Source: Deltaproteobacteria bacterium | Lineage (GTDB): Bacteria; Myxococcota_A; UBA9042; CAIXZC01 | Direction of reading: 5' to 3' | NCBI GenBank assembly: GCA_016875215.1 | Contig: VGRX01000002.1 | Coordinates: forward strand, 5,805 to 69,804 | DNA length: 64,000 bases | In this document: one piece after another, positions 8,202-19,950 of the stretch | How positions within the stretch are numbered: the stretch's first letter is position 1 | Layout of the letters: each line of letters opens with the position of its first letter | The notes under the pieces: generated by a model | Databases searched by the model: none | What the model saw: the letters and a program-made list of their open reading frames with translations, nothing else | What the model was told of the DNA's origin: nothing | Translations under genes and position numbers: made by a program

Positions 8202-9869
8202 GTGGAATCCGAGGTCATGTCAGCGCTCCTCATGCTTGGCGGCGGAATCCTGTTCTTCGTGCTGGCCTACCGGTTCTATGGCGGCTGGATTTCCAGGCAG
8301 CTCGGTCTGGGGCGTGAGCGCAATACCCCGGCCCACACGATGCGGGACGGGGTGGACTACGTGCCCGCCCCCATGCCGGTGCTGCTGGGCCACCACTTCG
8401 CTTCGATTGCCGGAGCGGCCCCCATCATCGGCCCGGTGCTGGCCGCGCAGTTCGGCTTTCTCCCGGTATTCCTGTGGGTGATCCTGGGCGGGGCGTTCCT
8501 GGGAGCGGTGCACGACTTCACCGCCCTCGTGGCCTCGGTCCGACACGAGGGGCGCTCCATCGGAATGATCATAGAACGCTACCTGGGGAGCACCGGGAAG
8601 ACGCTGTTCCTGCTGTTTGCCTGGGCAGCGCTGATCCTGGTGGTCGCGGTGTTCACGCTGGTAGTGGCCGATACGTTCGTTCGGACGCCTTCGGTGGCTA
8701 CGGCGTCGCTCCTTTTCATCGTGCTTGCGGTATCGTTCGGGGTCTCGGTCTACCGGGCCAACGTGAGCTTCGTGCTCGCGTCGGTGATCGGCATCGCGCT
8801 GCTGGGAGCCGCTCTCTACCTGGGCGTGGCCTTCCCGTTCCCGCGACTCTTCCCGCTGCCGGAGCAGGGCATGGACCCGATGGTGCTCTTCTGGGAAGTG
8901 ATGCTGCTCGTCTACGTGTTCATCGCCTCGGTCACCCCGGTCAACATCCTGCTGCAGCCGCGCGACTACCTGAACTCGTTCCTGCTGTATGCCGTGCTGC
9001 TCCTGTCGGTGGTGGCGGTGTTCGTGTCCCCACCGGAGATCAAGGGGGAGGCGTTCGTGACTGCGAACGTGGAGGGGCTCGGTCCCATCTTCCCGATCCT
9101 GTTCGTCACCGTTGCGTGTGGTGCGATTTCGGGATTTCATGCCATGGTGGCCTCCGGCACGACCGCCAAGCAGCTCGACCGGGAATCGGATGCCAGGCCT
9201 GTAGGCTATGGCGCCATGCTGGTGGAGTCGCTGCTGGCCCTCCTGGCCCTGCTGACGGCCGTCGTGGTGACCCGCAGCGAGTTCGTGTCGCTGCTCATGG
9301 CCAGCGGCCGGGCCAACCCGGTGCACGTGTTTGCCGTGGGGACGTCCGGGTTCCTGTCCGCCCTCGGAATCCCGGTGGAGTTCGGGTTGGGATTTGCCGC
9401 GCTTGCGGTCTCCGCGTTCGCCATGACGTCACTGGACACGGCAACTCGCCTCGCCCGATTTACGGTGCAGGAGCTGGCCATGAAGGCTGGGAGCAGGCAA
9501 GAGGAGGGGAATCTCCTGGCACGCAACCGCTTCGTGGCCACGGCATTGACCGTCGCTGCCTCGGCCCTGCTGCTCCTGTCCGGAGAGACCATGACGCTGT
9601 GGAAGGTGTTCGGGTCGGCCAACCAGCTCCTGGCCGCCCTGGCGTTGCTGGCAGTGACCGTCTGGCTGGCCGCGACGAAACGGCGCTGCCTCTACACCTT
9701 GATCCCCATGGTCATCATGTACGTCGTGACGGTATCGGCCCTCGTGCTCCAGGTCGTGCAGATCGTCTCGTCACCCAAGCCGGAGTACCTCCTCCTGGCA
9801 GTGGCGGTCCTGCTTCTTGTGCTGGCCTTGTTGCTGGCCTACAATACGCTTCGCCGGCGAAAGGCCTGA
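8202..9869 (+). CDS. cstA: Carbon starvation protein A (CstA peptide/pyruvate transporter family)
   Basis: Conserved CstA N-terminal block AYRFYG...DGVDYVPAP..VLLGHHFASIAGAAPIIGPVLAAQFG. Polytopic membrane protein. The first codon is GTG; an alternative ATG lies at 8217. Confidence 0.85.
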   Translation: MESEVMSALLMLGGGILFFVLAYRFYGGWISRQLGLGRERNTPAHTMRDGVDYVPAPMPVLLGHHFASIAGAAPIIGPVLAAQFGFLPVFLWVILGGAFLGAVHDFTALVASVRHEGRSIGMIIERYLGSTGKTLFLLFAWAALILVVAVFTLVVADTFVRTPSVATASLLFIVLAVSFGVSVYRANVSFVLASVIGIALLGAALYLGVAFPFPRLFPLPEQGMDPMVLFWEVMLLVYVFIASVTPVNILLQPRDYLNSFLLYAVLLLSVVAVFVSPPEIKGEAFVTANVEGLGPIFPILFVTVACGAISGFHAMVASGTTAKQLDRESDARPVGYGAMLVESLLALLALLTAVVVTRSEFVSLLMASGRANPVHVFAVGTSGFLSALGIPVEFGLGFAALAVSAFAMTSLDTATRLARFTVQELAMKAGSRQEEGNLLARNRFVATALTVAASALLLLSGETMTLWKVFGSANQLLAALALLAVTVWLAATKRRCLYTLIPMVIMYVVTVSALVLQVVQIVSSPKPEYLLLAVAVLLLVLALLLAYNTLRRRKA

Positions 9870-9948
9870 GCTACCGCCCGGGGCCCTCGGCGTGGCTTGG
9901 CCGCGTTTGTACGACGCGGTGCCGGTGGCAGTCCCGGGGAGGCTTTTG

Positions 9949-11052
9949 ATGGAAACGGGTCCGATCGTCAAGCTGGGCCGGTACGAGGTCAGGGACAAGA
10001 TCGCGGCCGGCGGCATGGCCACGGTCTACAAGGCCGTCCAGACCGGCGTGGGCGGGTTCCGCTCCCAGGTCGCGCTCAAGCTGCTCCACCCGCACCTGGC
10101 CAACGAGGATTCCTACCGCAGGATGTTCCACGAGGAGGCCCGCATCGGCGCCCTCCTGGAGCACCGCTGCCTGCTCAAGGTGCTCGACTTCGGAGACGAG
10201 GAGGGCATCTACTTCATCGTGACCGAGTACTTCCCGTCGCTGTCTCTCGAGGAGCTGGTGACCAAGACCAGGCGCGTGCCGCTTGCGGAGGCCCTGTTCG
10301 TGCTGTGCGAGGCTGCCGAGGGGCTCGAGGCGCTCCACCAGGCCCGGGACATCGAAGGGAAGAAACGCCTGGGGCTGATCCACAGGGACGTCAGCCCGCA
10401 GAACGTGCTGGTCGGCACGGACGGCCGGGTCAAGCTGATCGACTACGGCATCGTCAAGCGGGCTGATCCGACCGAGAAGACGCGGGCGGGCATCGTGAAA
10501 GGGAAGGTGCGCTACATGTCTCCGGAGCAGGCAGCGGGGGGCATGGTCGACATTCGCAGCGATCTGTTCTCGCTGGGGGTCGTGTTCCTCCGCTGCGTCA
10601 CCGGGGAGAAGCCTCACGGATCGGGGGACACAGGCGAGCTCCTGGCCAGCGTGCGGACCGGAAAGGACATCGCTCGGCTGCTGGCCGCGGCTTCCCTTCC
10701 GGCCCCGGTTTCCGCCCTTCTCGATCGGATGCTCTCCCAGGACCCGGCGGGCCGCCCGTCGACCGCAGGAGAAGTTGCGGTCGAGGCGCGCAAACTGCTC
10801 AACGACACGGCGCCGGGATACGAGGTCCACGCGTTTCGAGCCTGGCTGGACAAGAGCAAGGCAACCCGCCGGCCTCCCCGACGAAAGGGCAAGACCGAGG
10901 TCGTGAAGGAACCGGAGCCCAGCCAGGCCCCCCGCCCTCTTCCCGCGGCGACGGGAATCCACCCCCGCTGGGTCTTCATGGGCCTCCTGGCCCTCTTCCT
11001 GGCCGCGCTGCTGGCGTACCTGGCCGACCTGTTCTTCGGTCGAGGCGGCTGA
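9949..11052 (+). CDS. Ser/Thr protein kinase (Hanks-type) with C-terminal transmembrane anchor
   Basis: Kinase subdomains GxGxxAxV, VALK, HRDVSPQNVL, DYG and SPE are present. The C-terminal hydrophobic helix is WVFMGLLALFLAALLAYLADLFF. The upstream part of the long ORF is non-coding leader. Confidence 0.85.
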   Translation: METGPIVKLGRYEVRDKIAAGGMATVYKAVQTGVGGFRSQVALKLLHPHLANEDSYRRMFHEEARIGALLEHRCLLKVLDFGDEEGIYFIVTEYFPSLSLEELVTKTRRVPLAEALFVLCEAAEGLEALHQARDIEGKKRLGLIHRDVSPQNVLVGTDGRVKLIDYGIVKRADPTEKTRAGIVKGKVRYMSPEQAAGGMVDIRSDLFSLGVVFLRCVTGEKPHGSGDTGELLASVRTGKDIARLLAAASLPAPVSALLDRMLSQDPAGRPSTAGEVAVEARKLLNDTAPGYEVHAFRAWLDKSKATRRPPRRKGKTEVVKEPEPSQAPRPLPAATGIHPRWVFMGLLALFLAALLAYLADLFFGRGG

Positions 11053-11091
11053 GCCGCCCCGGCCCGTATCGACCGTTGCCCCGGATCCCCC

Positions 11092-11119
11092 TTGCCAGAA
11101 GCGCATTGCAGGGTAGAAT
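11092..11119 (+). promoter_or_regulatory. Candidate sigma70 promoter TTGCCA-N16-TAGAAT upstream of the epimerase block
   Basis: Hexamers seen directly in the sequence, followed by RBS GGAGGG and the ATG at 11143. Confidence 0.35.
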
Positions 11120-11142
11120 GCGCCCCGTAGCGGAGGGTGAGG

Positions 11143-12135
11143 ATGAACTACCTCGTCACCGGCGGTGCCGGCTTCATCGGGAGCAACCTGGTCCACGTGC
11201 TGGCTCGGGAGGGCCACCGTGTCACCGTGCTGGACGATCTGTCCACGGGGAAGTTGGAGAACCTGGCGGAGTCCTCCGAGGGACTTGCCGCAGGCGGAGG
11301 GCAGCTCTCCGCCGGGCTCGACGGTCGGGTCGCGCTGGCCGTGGGCTCGGTGTCCGATGCCGACTTCGTGATGCGCCACGCAGCCGGGATGGACGGGATC
11401 TTCCACCTGGCTGCGGTGGCCTCGGTGCAGCGGTCGATGGAGGAGCCGGCCGCGTGCCACGCGGTCAACGTCACCGGCACGTTGAACGTGCTCGAGGCCG
11501 CCCGGGTGCTCGGGGTGAAGCGGGTGGTGCTCTCGTCATCGGCCGCGGTGTTCGGCGACAACCCGGAGCTGCCGCTGAGGTCGGACAGCCGGACGGGCCC
11601 CATCTCGCCGTACGGCCTGCACAAGCTCATGTGCGAGCAGTACGGGAAGCTGTACACGGCCTGCGGATGGACCGAGGCGACCGCGCTGCGCTACTTCAAC
11701 GTCTTCGGTCCGAGGCAGGACCCGAACGGCGAGTATGCGGCGGTAGTGCCGAGGTTCATCACAGCGCTGCTTGCGGGAAGACGGCCGAAGGTCTTTGGCG
11801 ACGGTCTCCAGACCCGGGATTTCCTGTACGTGGAGGACGTGGTGAGGGCGAACCTGGCGGCCATGCTCTGCCCGGATGCGGCAGGGCGGGTGCTGAACCT
11901 GTGTGCGGGCCGGGAGACGTCGCTGCTGGACCTGCTGGATGCGCTGGCCGGGGTGACCGGAAAGCGCCCGGAGCCGGAGTTCCTTGCGCCCCGGGAAGGG
12001 GACATCCGTCGGTCGTTCGGAAGCGGCGACGAAGCCGTGCGACTGCTCGGGCTTCCCCCGTGGACCTCGATTGCCAAAGGGCTGGCAGAGAGTGTGGAGT
12101 TCTTCTTGCGAAAGGACCTGGATGAGCAAGCCTGA
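11143..12135 (+). CDS. NAD-dependent epimerase/dehydratase (extended SDR; UDP-sugar 4-epimerase-like)
   Basis: N-terminal TGGAGFIGS Rossmann motif, catalytic YxxxK (YGLHK), and SDR-e architecture. Confidence 0.85.
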   Translation: MNYLVTGGAGFIGSNLVHVLAREGHRVTVLDDLSTGKLENLAESSEGLAAGGGQLSAGLDGRVALAVGSVSDADFVMRHAAGMDGIFHLAAVASVQRSMEEPAACHAVNVTGTLNVLEAARVLGVKRVVLSSSAAVFGDNPELPLRSDSRTGPISPYGLHKLMCEQYGKLYTACGWTEATALRYFNVFGPRQDPNGEYAAVVPRFITALLAGRRPKVFGDGLQTRDFLYVEDVVRANLAAMLCPDAAGRVLNLCAGRETSLLDLLDALAGVTGKRPEPEFLAPREGDIRRSFGSGDEAVRLLGLPPWTSIAKGLAESVEFFLRKDLDEQA

Positions 12136-12667
12136 GATTCCCCCGCCCGTCCTCCTGGTGCTGGGCGTGCTGCACACGGACGAGGCCGCCGCAGAAGCCG
12201 CACTGGCAGCGTTCGTCGAGCGGTTCGGGCCGGTGGAGCGCATGCTGGGGCCGCTGCCGTTCGACTGTACCGACTACTACGACGCCGAGATGGGGACCCC
12301 CATCACCCGGCGGTTCCTCCTGTTCCGGGACCCGGTGTCCGCGGACTGCCTGCCCGAGGTGAAGCTCTTCACCAACGCGATCGAGGAGCGGTTCGCCTCG
12401 GACGGGAAGCGGCGGGTCAACCAGGACCCGGGGCTGCTCACCCCGGTGAACCTGGTGCTGGCCACCGGGAAGCCCCGCCACCAGCGCATCTACCTGGGAC
12501 AGGGGATTTACGGCGATCTGACTTTGGTCTATCATACCGGCGCTTACCAGCCGCTCCCCTGGACCTACAGGGACTGGGGAAGCGAGGAGGTACGTGCCTT
12601 TCTGACCCGGGCCCGCCCCAGGATGACGAGAGCGCTTCAGGGGACCCCGCAGGACAAGGAGATGTGA
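12122..12667 (+). CDS. DUF4416-like small protein, unknown function; translationally coupled to gltX
   Basis: 181 aa from the internal Met ([18 protein letters not shown]...). It overlaps the epimerase stop by 14 nt and the gltX GTG start by 4 nt. The family assignment is made from memory of the conserved N-terminus and is tentative. Confidence 0.5.
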   Translation: MSKPEIPPPVLLVLGVLHTDEAAAEAALAAFVERFGPVERMLGPLPFDCTDYYDAEMGTPITRRFLLFRDPVSADCLPEVKLFTNAIEERFASDGKRRVNQDPGLLTPVNLVLATGKPRHQRIYLGQGIYGDLTLVYHTGAYQPLPWTYRDWGSEEVRAFLTRARPRMTRALQGTPQDKEM

Positions 12668-14117
12668 TGGTGAGGACTCGAATAGCACCCAGCCCGACCG
12701 GCGACCCGCACGTCGGGACCGCGTACATCGCGTTGTTCAACTACTGCTTCGCACGCAAGCACGGCGGTCAGTTCATCCTGCGCATCGAGGACACGGACCA
12801 GACGCGGTCCGCTTCGGAGTATGAGCAGGCGATCCTCGACGCGCTCAAGTGGACGGGCATCACCTGGGACGAAGGGCCGGACGTCGGAGGCCCTTGCGGT
12901 CCGTACCGCCAGTCCGAGCGGGCAGCCATCTATCGAGAGCACGCACAGATCCTGATCGACAGGGGGCAGGCGTACCGCTGTTTCTGCACGCCGGAGCGTC
13001 TCGAGGAGATGCGCAAGCGGATGGTCGAGGAGAAACGGCCGACCACGGGCTACGACGGCCAATGCAGCCACCTTTCCGAGGCCGAGGTCCAGGAGAAGCT
13101 CTCGGCCGGAGTCCCCTACGTGATCCGTCTGAAGATGCCCCGGGAGGGGGACTCGGTGTTCACCGACCGGCTGCGGGGCGAGATCCGCTACCCCAACTAC
13201 CAGATGGACGACCAGGTGCTGCTGAAATCCGACGGGTTTCCCACCTACCACCTGGCCAACGTGGTGGATGACCACCTCATGGGCATCACCCACGTGATCC
13301 GGGCCGAGGAGTGGATTCCGTCCACGCCCAAGCACGTCCGCCTGTACGAGGCGTTCGGCTGGCAGCCGCCCGAGTTCATCCACATGCCGCTGCTGCGCAA
13401 CCGGGACAAGAGCAAGATCTCGAAGCGGAAGAACCCGACGTCGATCCTGTACTACCAGCGCATCGGCATCATGCCCGAGGTGCTGCTGAACTTCCTGGCG
13501 CTGGTCGGCTACTCGTTCGGCGAGGACCGGGAGAAGTTCACCCTGGCCGAGCTCATCGACAACTTCGACATCGGCCGCGTCAGCCTGGGCGAACCGGTGT
13601 TCGACCTGGCCAAGCTCAACTGGCTCAACGGGCTCTACGTCCGGGCCATGAGCGAGGACGAGCTCACCGACCGCATCGTCGGCAACCTGTACGACCGTGA
13701 CTACATCCGGCGCATCGTGCCGCTGATGCGCGAGCGGATCGAGCGGCTCGACCAGTTCGCGAGCATGACCACGTACTTCTTCTCGGCCGAGCTCCAATAC
13801 GACCCCGCGCACCTGGTCCCCAAGAACACCGCGCCGGGGGTGGCGGCGGACCTGCTCCAGCAGGCGACCGACGAGCTGGACAAGCTGCGGACCTGGGACG
13901 TGGCCTCGCTCGAGCAGGTGCTGCGAACGTTCTGCGAGCGGACCGGGACCAAGCCCAAGATCCTGTTCATGCCGGTGCGAATCGCCGTCACCGGACGTCA
14001 GGCAAGCCCCGGCCTGTTCGAGACCATGGAGGTCATCGGCAAACCCCTCTGCCAGCAGCGGCTGCGGGATGCCGTAAACCACCTCAAGACCCTTGCCATG
14101 GCTCAGGGAGACGAACG

Positions 14118-14121
<4 letters not shown>
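12664..14121 (+). CDS. gltX: Glutamate--tRNA ligase
   Basis: HIGH-type motif [17 protein letters not shown]-like KISKR, and full-length class I GluRS architecture. GTG start. Confidence 0.95.
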
Positions 14122-15848
<1,727 letters not shown>

Positions 15849-15876
15849 GGCGGACAGCGGGGCAGCGGGGCGAGGC

Positions 15877-17619
15877 ATGTCCGACGAGCGCTATGAGGAC
15901 GACACCATTGTTGCAGCGGCGACGCCGCCGGGCAAGGGTGCGGTCGGGATCGTGCGCCTGTCGGGCGAACGGGCCTTCGAGCTGGCCGGCCGGATCCTGA
16001 AGCCGGCTCGGCTGCCGGCCCCCGGCCGCCTGGCCCGCCGAGTGGTGCTGGACCCGGAGCTGCAGCGCCCCCTGGACGAGGCCATGGTGGTCCGGTTCGT
16101 CCACCCGAGGAGCTACACCGGCGAGGACGTGGTCGAGTTCCACCTGCACGGCAACCCGCTGCTCCTGGCCCTGGTGCAGCGACATCTGTGCCTCCTCGGA
16201 GCCCGGCTGGCCTTCCCGGGGGAGTTCACGCTGCGGGCCTTTCTGCATGGCCGAAAGGACCTGGCCCAGGCCGAGTCGGTTGCGGACCTGGTCGAAGCCC
16301 GGTCGTCCGCTGCGATCCTGGCCGCGGCCAGCGGTCTGCTGGGCGACGTGGGCCGGGCCATGGAGCGCCTGGCGCGGCACATGCTGGAGCTGCTGGCCCG
16401 CCTCGAGGCGGAGATCGACTTTCCGGAGGACGTCCCCGAGATGCCGGACGAGACGTTGGGCATTCTGCTGCGGGATCTGGTGGGGGAGCTGGAGGCTCTC
16501 CTCGCGTCCCACGACCGGGCGGCGGTGCTGAAGCACGGTTTCCGGGTCGTGCTGACCGGTCCCCCGAACGTCGGCAAGAGCACGCTGTTCAACGCGCTGC
16601 TTCGCCGGAACCGGGCCATCGTGAGCCAGGAACCCGGGACGACCCGGGACTTCCTGGAGGAGTTCCTGGATATGACGAGGGCAGATCCCGTGCTGGTCGG
16701 GGACCCCTCGACTCCGCTCTCCTCGAGGGGGCCTGTCCTCGACTCTGAGGGACAAGCCCCTCAGGCTCGGACTCGAAGAGAGCGGCCCCCCTCGGGGCCT
16801 GTCGAAGGCGGGCCGGGCGGAGCACCCTCCCCACATGGACCTTCCCGGCACATACCGGTGCCCGAGGTCCCGGTCCTCCTGGTGGATACGGCGGGGCTGC
16901 GGGAGACCGATGGGGACGCGGAGCGCAAGGGGGTCGAGCGCACTCTGTGGCAGCTCGAGCAGGCGGACCTGGTCCTGCTGCTGCACGAGCCGGGCGAAGC
17001 CGAGGACGTTCAGCTTCCGGCCGACAAGGAGGGCAACGTCGTTCCGATCAAGGCTCCGATCTGGCACGTGATGACCAAGTCGGATCGGCTTCCGAGGGCG
17101 GACGAGGCAGGCAGGGCCCGCCCCCGCAACGCCCCAGACAACCGCACCCACGGACCGGACATGCCAGCCCGGCCGGTGAGCATGGCTCCGATCCCGAGGC
17201 AGGGCCTGGGCCCGTTGCGCCTCAGGTCACCGGTTGCCCAGGACAATGCCATCGGGGAGCCTGGCTCGGATCGGACTGTCGTCGCCAGCACGGGCCCCGC
17301 TCCTCGGCGGTTCGCGGTCTCGGCTCTCTGTCACGAGGGGTTGCATGCCCTGAGCTCGGCAATCCGTGCGGAAGCGAGAGAGCGGGCCTACGGCGGTCCC
17401 GAGGACGTCATGCTGGCCGGCGTCCGCCAGTGGCAGGCCGTCCACGAGGCCAGCCTTGCCGTGCGCGAGTGCAGCGCCGGTCTGCCGGGGCTTCCGAGGG
17501 ACATTGCGGCCTCGCTCATCCGGCAGGCCCTGGAGCACATCCACGAAGTCACCGGGAAGAACCCGATCCGGGAGTCGGTCCTCGACTTCATCTTCTCGCA
17601 CTTCTGCATCGGGAAATAG
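15877..17619 (+). CDS. mnmE: tRNA modification GTPase MnmE (TrmE) carrying two long low-complexity insertions
   Basis: N-terminal DTIVAAATPPGKGAVGIVRLSG, G-domain GPPNVGKSTL, and the C-terminal CIGK motif are present. Insertions of about 60 and 90 aa rich in P/G/R lie within and after the G domain. Confidence 0.9.
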   Translation: MSDERYEDDTIVAAATPPGKGAVGIVRLSGERAFELAGRILKPARLPAPGRLARRVVLDPELQRPLDEAMVVRFVHPRSYTGEDVVEFHLHGNPLLLALVQRHLCLLGARLAFPGEFTLRAFLHGRKDLAQAESVADLVEARSSAAILAAASGLLGDVGRAMERLARHMLELLARLEAEIDFPEDVPEMPDETLGILLRDLVGELEALLASHDRAAVLKHGFRVVLTGPPNVGKSTLFNALLRRNRAIVSQEPGTTRDFLEEFLDMTRADPVLVGDPSTPLSSRGPVLDSEGQAPQARTRRERPPSGPVEGGPGGAPSPHGPSRHIPVPEVPVLLVDTAGLRETDGDAERKGVERTLWQLEQADLVLLLHEPGEAEDVQLPADKEGNVVPIKAPIWHVMTKSDRLPRADEAGRARPRNAPDNRTHGPDMPARPVSMAPIPRQGLGPLRLRSPVAQDNAIGEPGSDRTVVASTGPAPRRFAVSALCHEGLHALSSAIRAEARERAYGGPEDVMLAGVRQWQAVHEASLAVRECSAGLPGLPRDIAASLIRQALEHIHEVTGKNPIRESVLDFIFSHFCIGK

Positions 17620-17632
17620 GGGGTCATCGACG

Positions 17633-18259
17633 ATGTGCAGGATTCCTCGGCTCTGTGCTCTGCTTCTGCTGGTTTCTGCAGCAACGGCCTGTCGCAACCC
17701 GGTATCCCACGCGCCTGAGCCGGACGTTCTCGCCACCAGGTCGTCGGCAGAGAAGCAGGAGCGGGACGTCTCTGGCGGGAAGAAGATGCTTCCGAAGCAC
17801 ATGGTGGAGAAGAAGGAGATCATCGTGGGCGGATGCCGGGAAGCGTGTGCGGCCCCGAAGGATGCGTTCCGGAACTTCATCCGCACGCTGTTCGGGGTCA
17901 TGCCCGAGTCCAGTCCGGAGCTCCTGCGCTTCGTCGACACGACCCTGCTGGTGGACAACGGCAGGCGCTGGGGAGACGAGTGGGCGGACATGTGGCTGTC
18001 GGGCAAGCTGGACGAACGGCGCCAGTCGGTGGCCGACTGGATGGATGGGTACCGCAGGCGGGTGGGAAGTCTGGCAGGGAATCCGTCGGACGTAGAGGGT
18101 GCGCTCGAGGCCGGGATGCAGTTCCGGCGCATCTCGTCGGAGCAGGTCGAGATGGAATTCGTCCCTCCGGCCCGCGACGGTGCATCCAACTCGGAGCGGT
18201 GGAAACTCCGGCTTGGTCTTCGCGGGCTTGAATGGCTGATCCAGGAAATATATGATTGA
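17633..18259 (+). CDS. Lipoprotein of unknown function
   Basis: The internal Met gives MCRIPRLCALLLLVSAATAC with a lipobox. No family recognised. Confidence 0.55.
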   Translation: MCRIPRLCALLLLVSAATACRNPVSHAPEPDVLATRSSAEKQERDVSGGKKMLPKHMVEKKEIIVGGCREACAAPKDAFRNFIRTLFGVMPESSPELLRFVDTTLLVDNGRRWGDEWADMWLSGKLDERRQSVADWMDGYRRRVGSLAGNPSDVEGALEAGMQFRRISSEQVEMEFVPPARDGASNSERWKLRLGLRGLEWLIQEIYD

Positions 18260-18271
18260 ACCCCTGAAGGG

Positions 18272-18637
18272 GTGGGGGAGGAGATGACAGACTTCGCGAA
18301 CCAGAGGCAGCACGAACGAGTCGACGTACGCATCCGCACCGTCTACCATGACGAGATCGACGCCGATGCCAGCGATTCGCTGATGAGCAACTTGAGTCTC
18401 GGGGGGTGCTTCATCCGCTCCCCCCGGGTGCCGCCGGCCGGCTCGACGCTCCAGGTGAAGTTCAGGCTGCCGGGGAGCGACATCGTGATCGAGGCGACCG
18501 GCACGGTGCGCTGGTCCAAGGGTACGGGTCCGGAAGAGGATCGGGGCATGGGCATCCAGTTCGACCAGATCTCGGCAGAGCACCTCCTGTTGCTCAAGCA
18601 GTTCATCGCGGAACGAATCCAATCCTCCATCTGGTGA
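18272..18637 (+). CDS. PilZ-domain (c-di-GMP binding) protein
   Basis: RxxxR (QRQHERVDVR) and D-x-S-x-x-G (DSLMSNLSLGG) motifs, beta-barrel size of about 120 aa. Confidence 0.8.
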   Translation: MGEEMTDFANQRQHERVDVRIRTVYHDEIDADASDSLMSNLSLGGCFIRSPRVPPAGSTLQVKFRLPGSDIVIEATGTVRWSKGTGPEEDRGMGIQFDQISAEHLLLLKQFIAERIQSSIW

Positions 18638-19911
18638 TGGGACCTGCATTCACGCCCCTTTTCCGGTCGGTCCCGCTTGCGCTGGCGTTGTCTGCGGTGC
18701 TGCCGTCGCTGCCTGCGCTGGCTGCCGGACCGCGCCATGCGGCGGCCGATGAACGTCCGGACGAGTGCAGCCGTGTCACCCGGGAGTATCCTCTCTGGAC
18801 CGAGGAATCGGGGTGCATCGATGCCCCTTGGAATGCCTCGGACCCGGCGGCCGGCACGTTCCCGCTCTACTATGAGCTGAGCCGGCCGAAAGGGCCGTCG
18901 ATTGCCGACCTCATCGTGTTCCACGGCGGCCCCGGCTACCCGCGACGCCACCTGCAGCGGGGGGGGGAGCTCTGGGAATCGCTGAGAGCGCACTGCACGA
19001 TCCTCTACTTCCACCAGCGGGGCTCGGGATTCTCTGCCCGGGTGGCCGACGCATCGGCGCTGGCCGGCCGGGAGGGCCTGTTCACCCTGGACCGGATCGT
19101 GGACGACACGTGGCTGCTTCACCAGGAGCTGCTGGGAGGACACCCGGCGGTGCTCGTCGGGAAGTCCGCAGGCGGGTTCCTGGCGATGAAGTTCGCCCTG
19201 GCCCACCCGGAATCGACCCGCTCGCTCGTGCTGGCAGCCACGAGCCCCCACCACGGCTATATCTCCAGGCGTAACGCGGTCAAGACCGGCTTCTTCCTGT
19301 CGCTGGACGAGCGGTGGCCCGGATTCCTGGCTGCGCTGGGACGGGCCCGTGCGTACCTCGACCGGGCCGACGCAGACGACATCGGTCCGCTGGCCGCACT
19401 GCCCGTCCGGGAAGACCTGCTCGAGTCGATGTTCTTCGACCTGGCCTACACCCTGGACGGACAGTTCGAGATGGTCGCCATGGCCCGCGACCTGGCCGAG
19501 CGTCGCTTCGGCCTCTTCCTGGCCCGGGCCGCTGCCGGCAAGGAGACGCTGCGCCCCACCGGGCTCGAATCGGACGCGGTGCTCAATCTCATCACCTGCC
19601 GGGAGCTCCGCTTCGCAGACGCCAACCCGCTGGCCTGCAGCAACCAGTCGGAAGGGGAGCTCTACGACCTGCGGGACCGCCTGCACGAGCTGTCCGTGCC
19701 GGTGCTGGTGCTCAGCGGGCGGTACGATCCGATCCTCCCCCCGCCGTTCCAGGAGGAGATCGTCCGGAACCTGCCCGGGATGCCCGAATGGCACGTGCTC
19801 GAGCTCTCGTCGCACATGTTGTTCGAGGAGCAGCCCAAGGCCTGCACGGTCTACATCCTGGACTTCCTGGGCATCCCCCGCCAGCAGCTCCCGCAAAGCC
19901 CGGGATTGTGA
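18637..19911 (+). CDS. Secreted alpha/beta-hydrolase (proline iminopeptidase/esterase-like)
   Basis: Signal peptide. HGGPG oxyanion motif, GKSAGG nucleophile elbow, and a C-terminal His region. The start overlaps the PilZ stop in a TGATG arrangement. Confidence 0.75.
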   Translation: MGPAFTPLFRSVPLALALSAVLPSLPALAAGPRHAAADERPDECSRVTREYPLWTEESGCIDAPWNASDPAAGTFPLYYELSRPKGPSIADLIVFHGGPGYPRRHLQRGGELWESLRAHCTILYFHQRGSGFSARVADASALAGREGLFTLDRIVDDTWLLHQELLGGHPAVLVGKSAGGFLAMKFALAHPESTRSLVLAATSPHHGYISRRNAVKTGFFLSLDERWPGFLAALGRARAYLDRADADDIGPLAALPVREDLLESMFFDLAYTLDGQFEMVAMARDLAERRFGLFLARAAAGKETLRPTGLESDAVLNLITCRELRFADANPLACSNQSEGELYDLRDRLHELSVPVLVLSGRYDPILPPPFQEEIVRNLPGMPEWHVLELSSHMLFEEQPKACTVYILDFLGIPRQQLPQSPGL

Positions 19912-19950
19912 AAGGCCAAGGGTTGAGGGCCGAGGGAAAGACGGCCGCTC

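Noticed and set aside
6842-8233. 463-aa reverse-strand ORF opposite the beta-propeller lipoprotein. Similar cases include 9871..11460, 12637..14082, 14103..15878, 24088..26007, 35710..37899, 38235..40547, 43104..44816, 46088..47494, 47722..49311, 52793..54550 and 55247..56881.
   Set aside because: Each lies opposite a gene with strong homology or coherent domain structure. Their translations are low-complexity (R/G/P/A/H-rich) and lack start-site signals. They are GC-skew artefacts.
11044-11058. GGCGGC-tga-GCCGCC mini-hairpin spanning the kinase stop codon
   Set aside because: A 6-bp stem with a 3-nt loop is too short and too common in GC-rich DNA to call a terminator.
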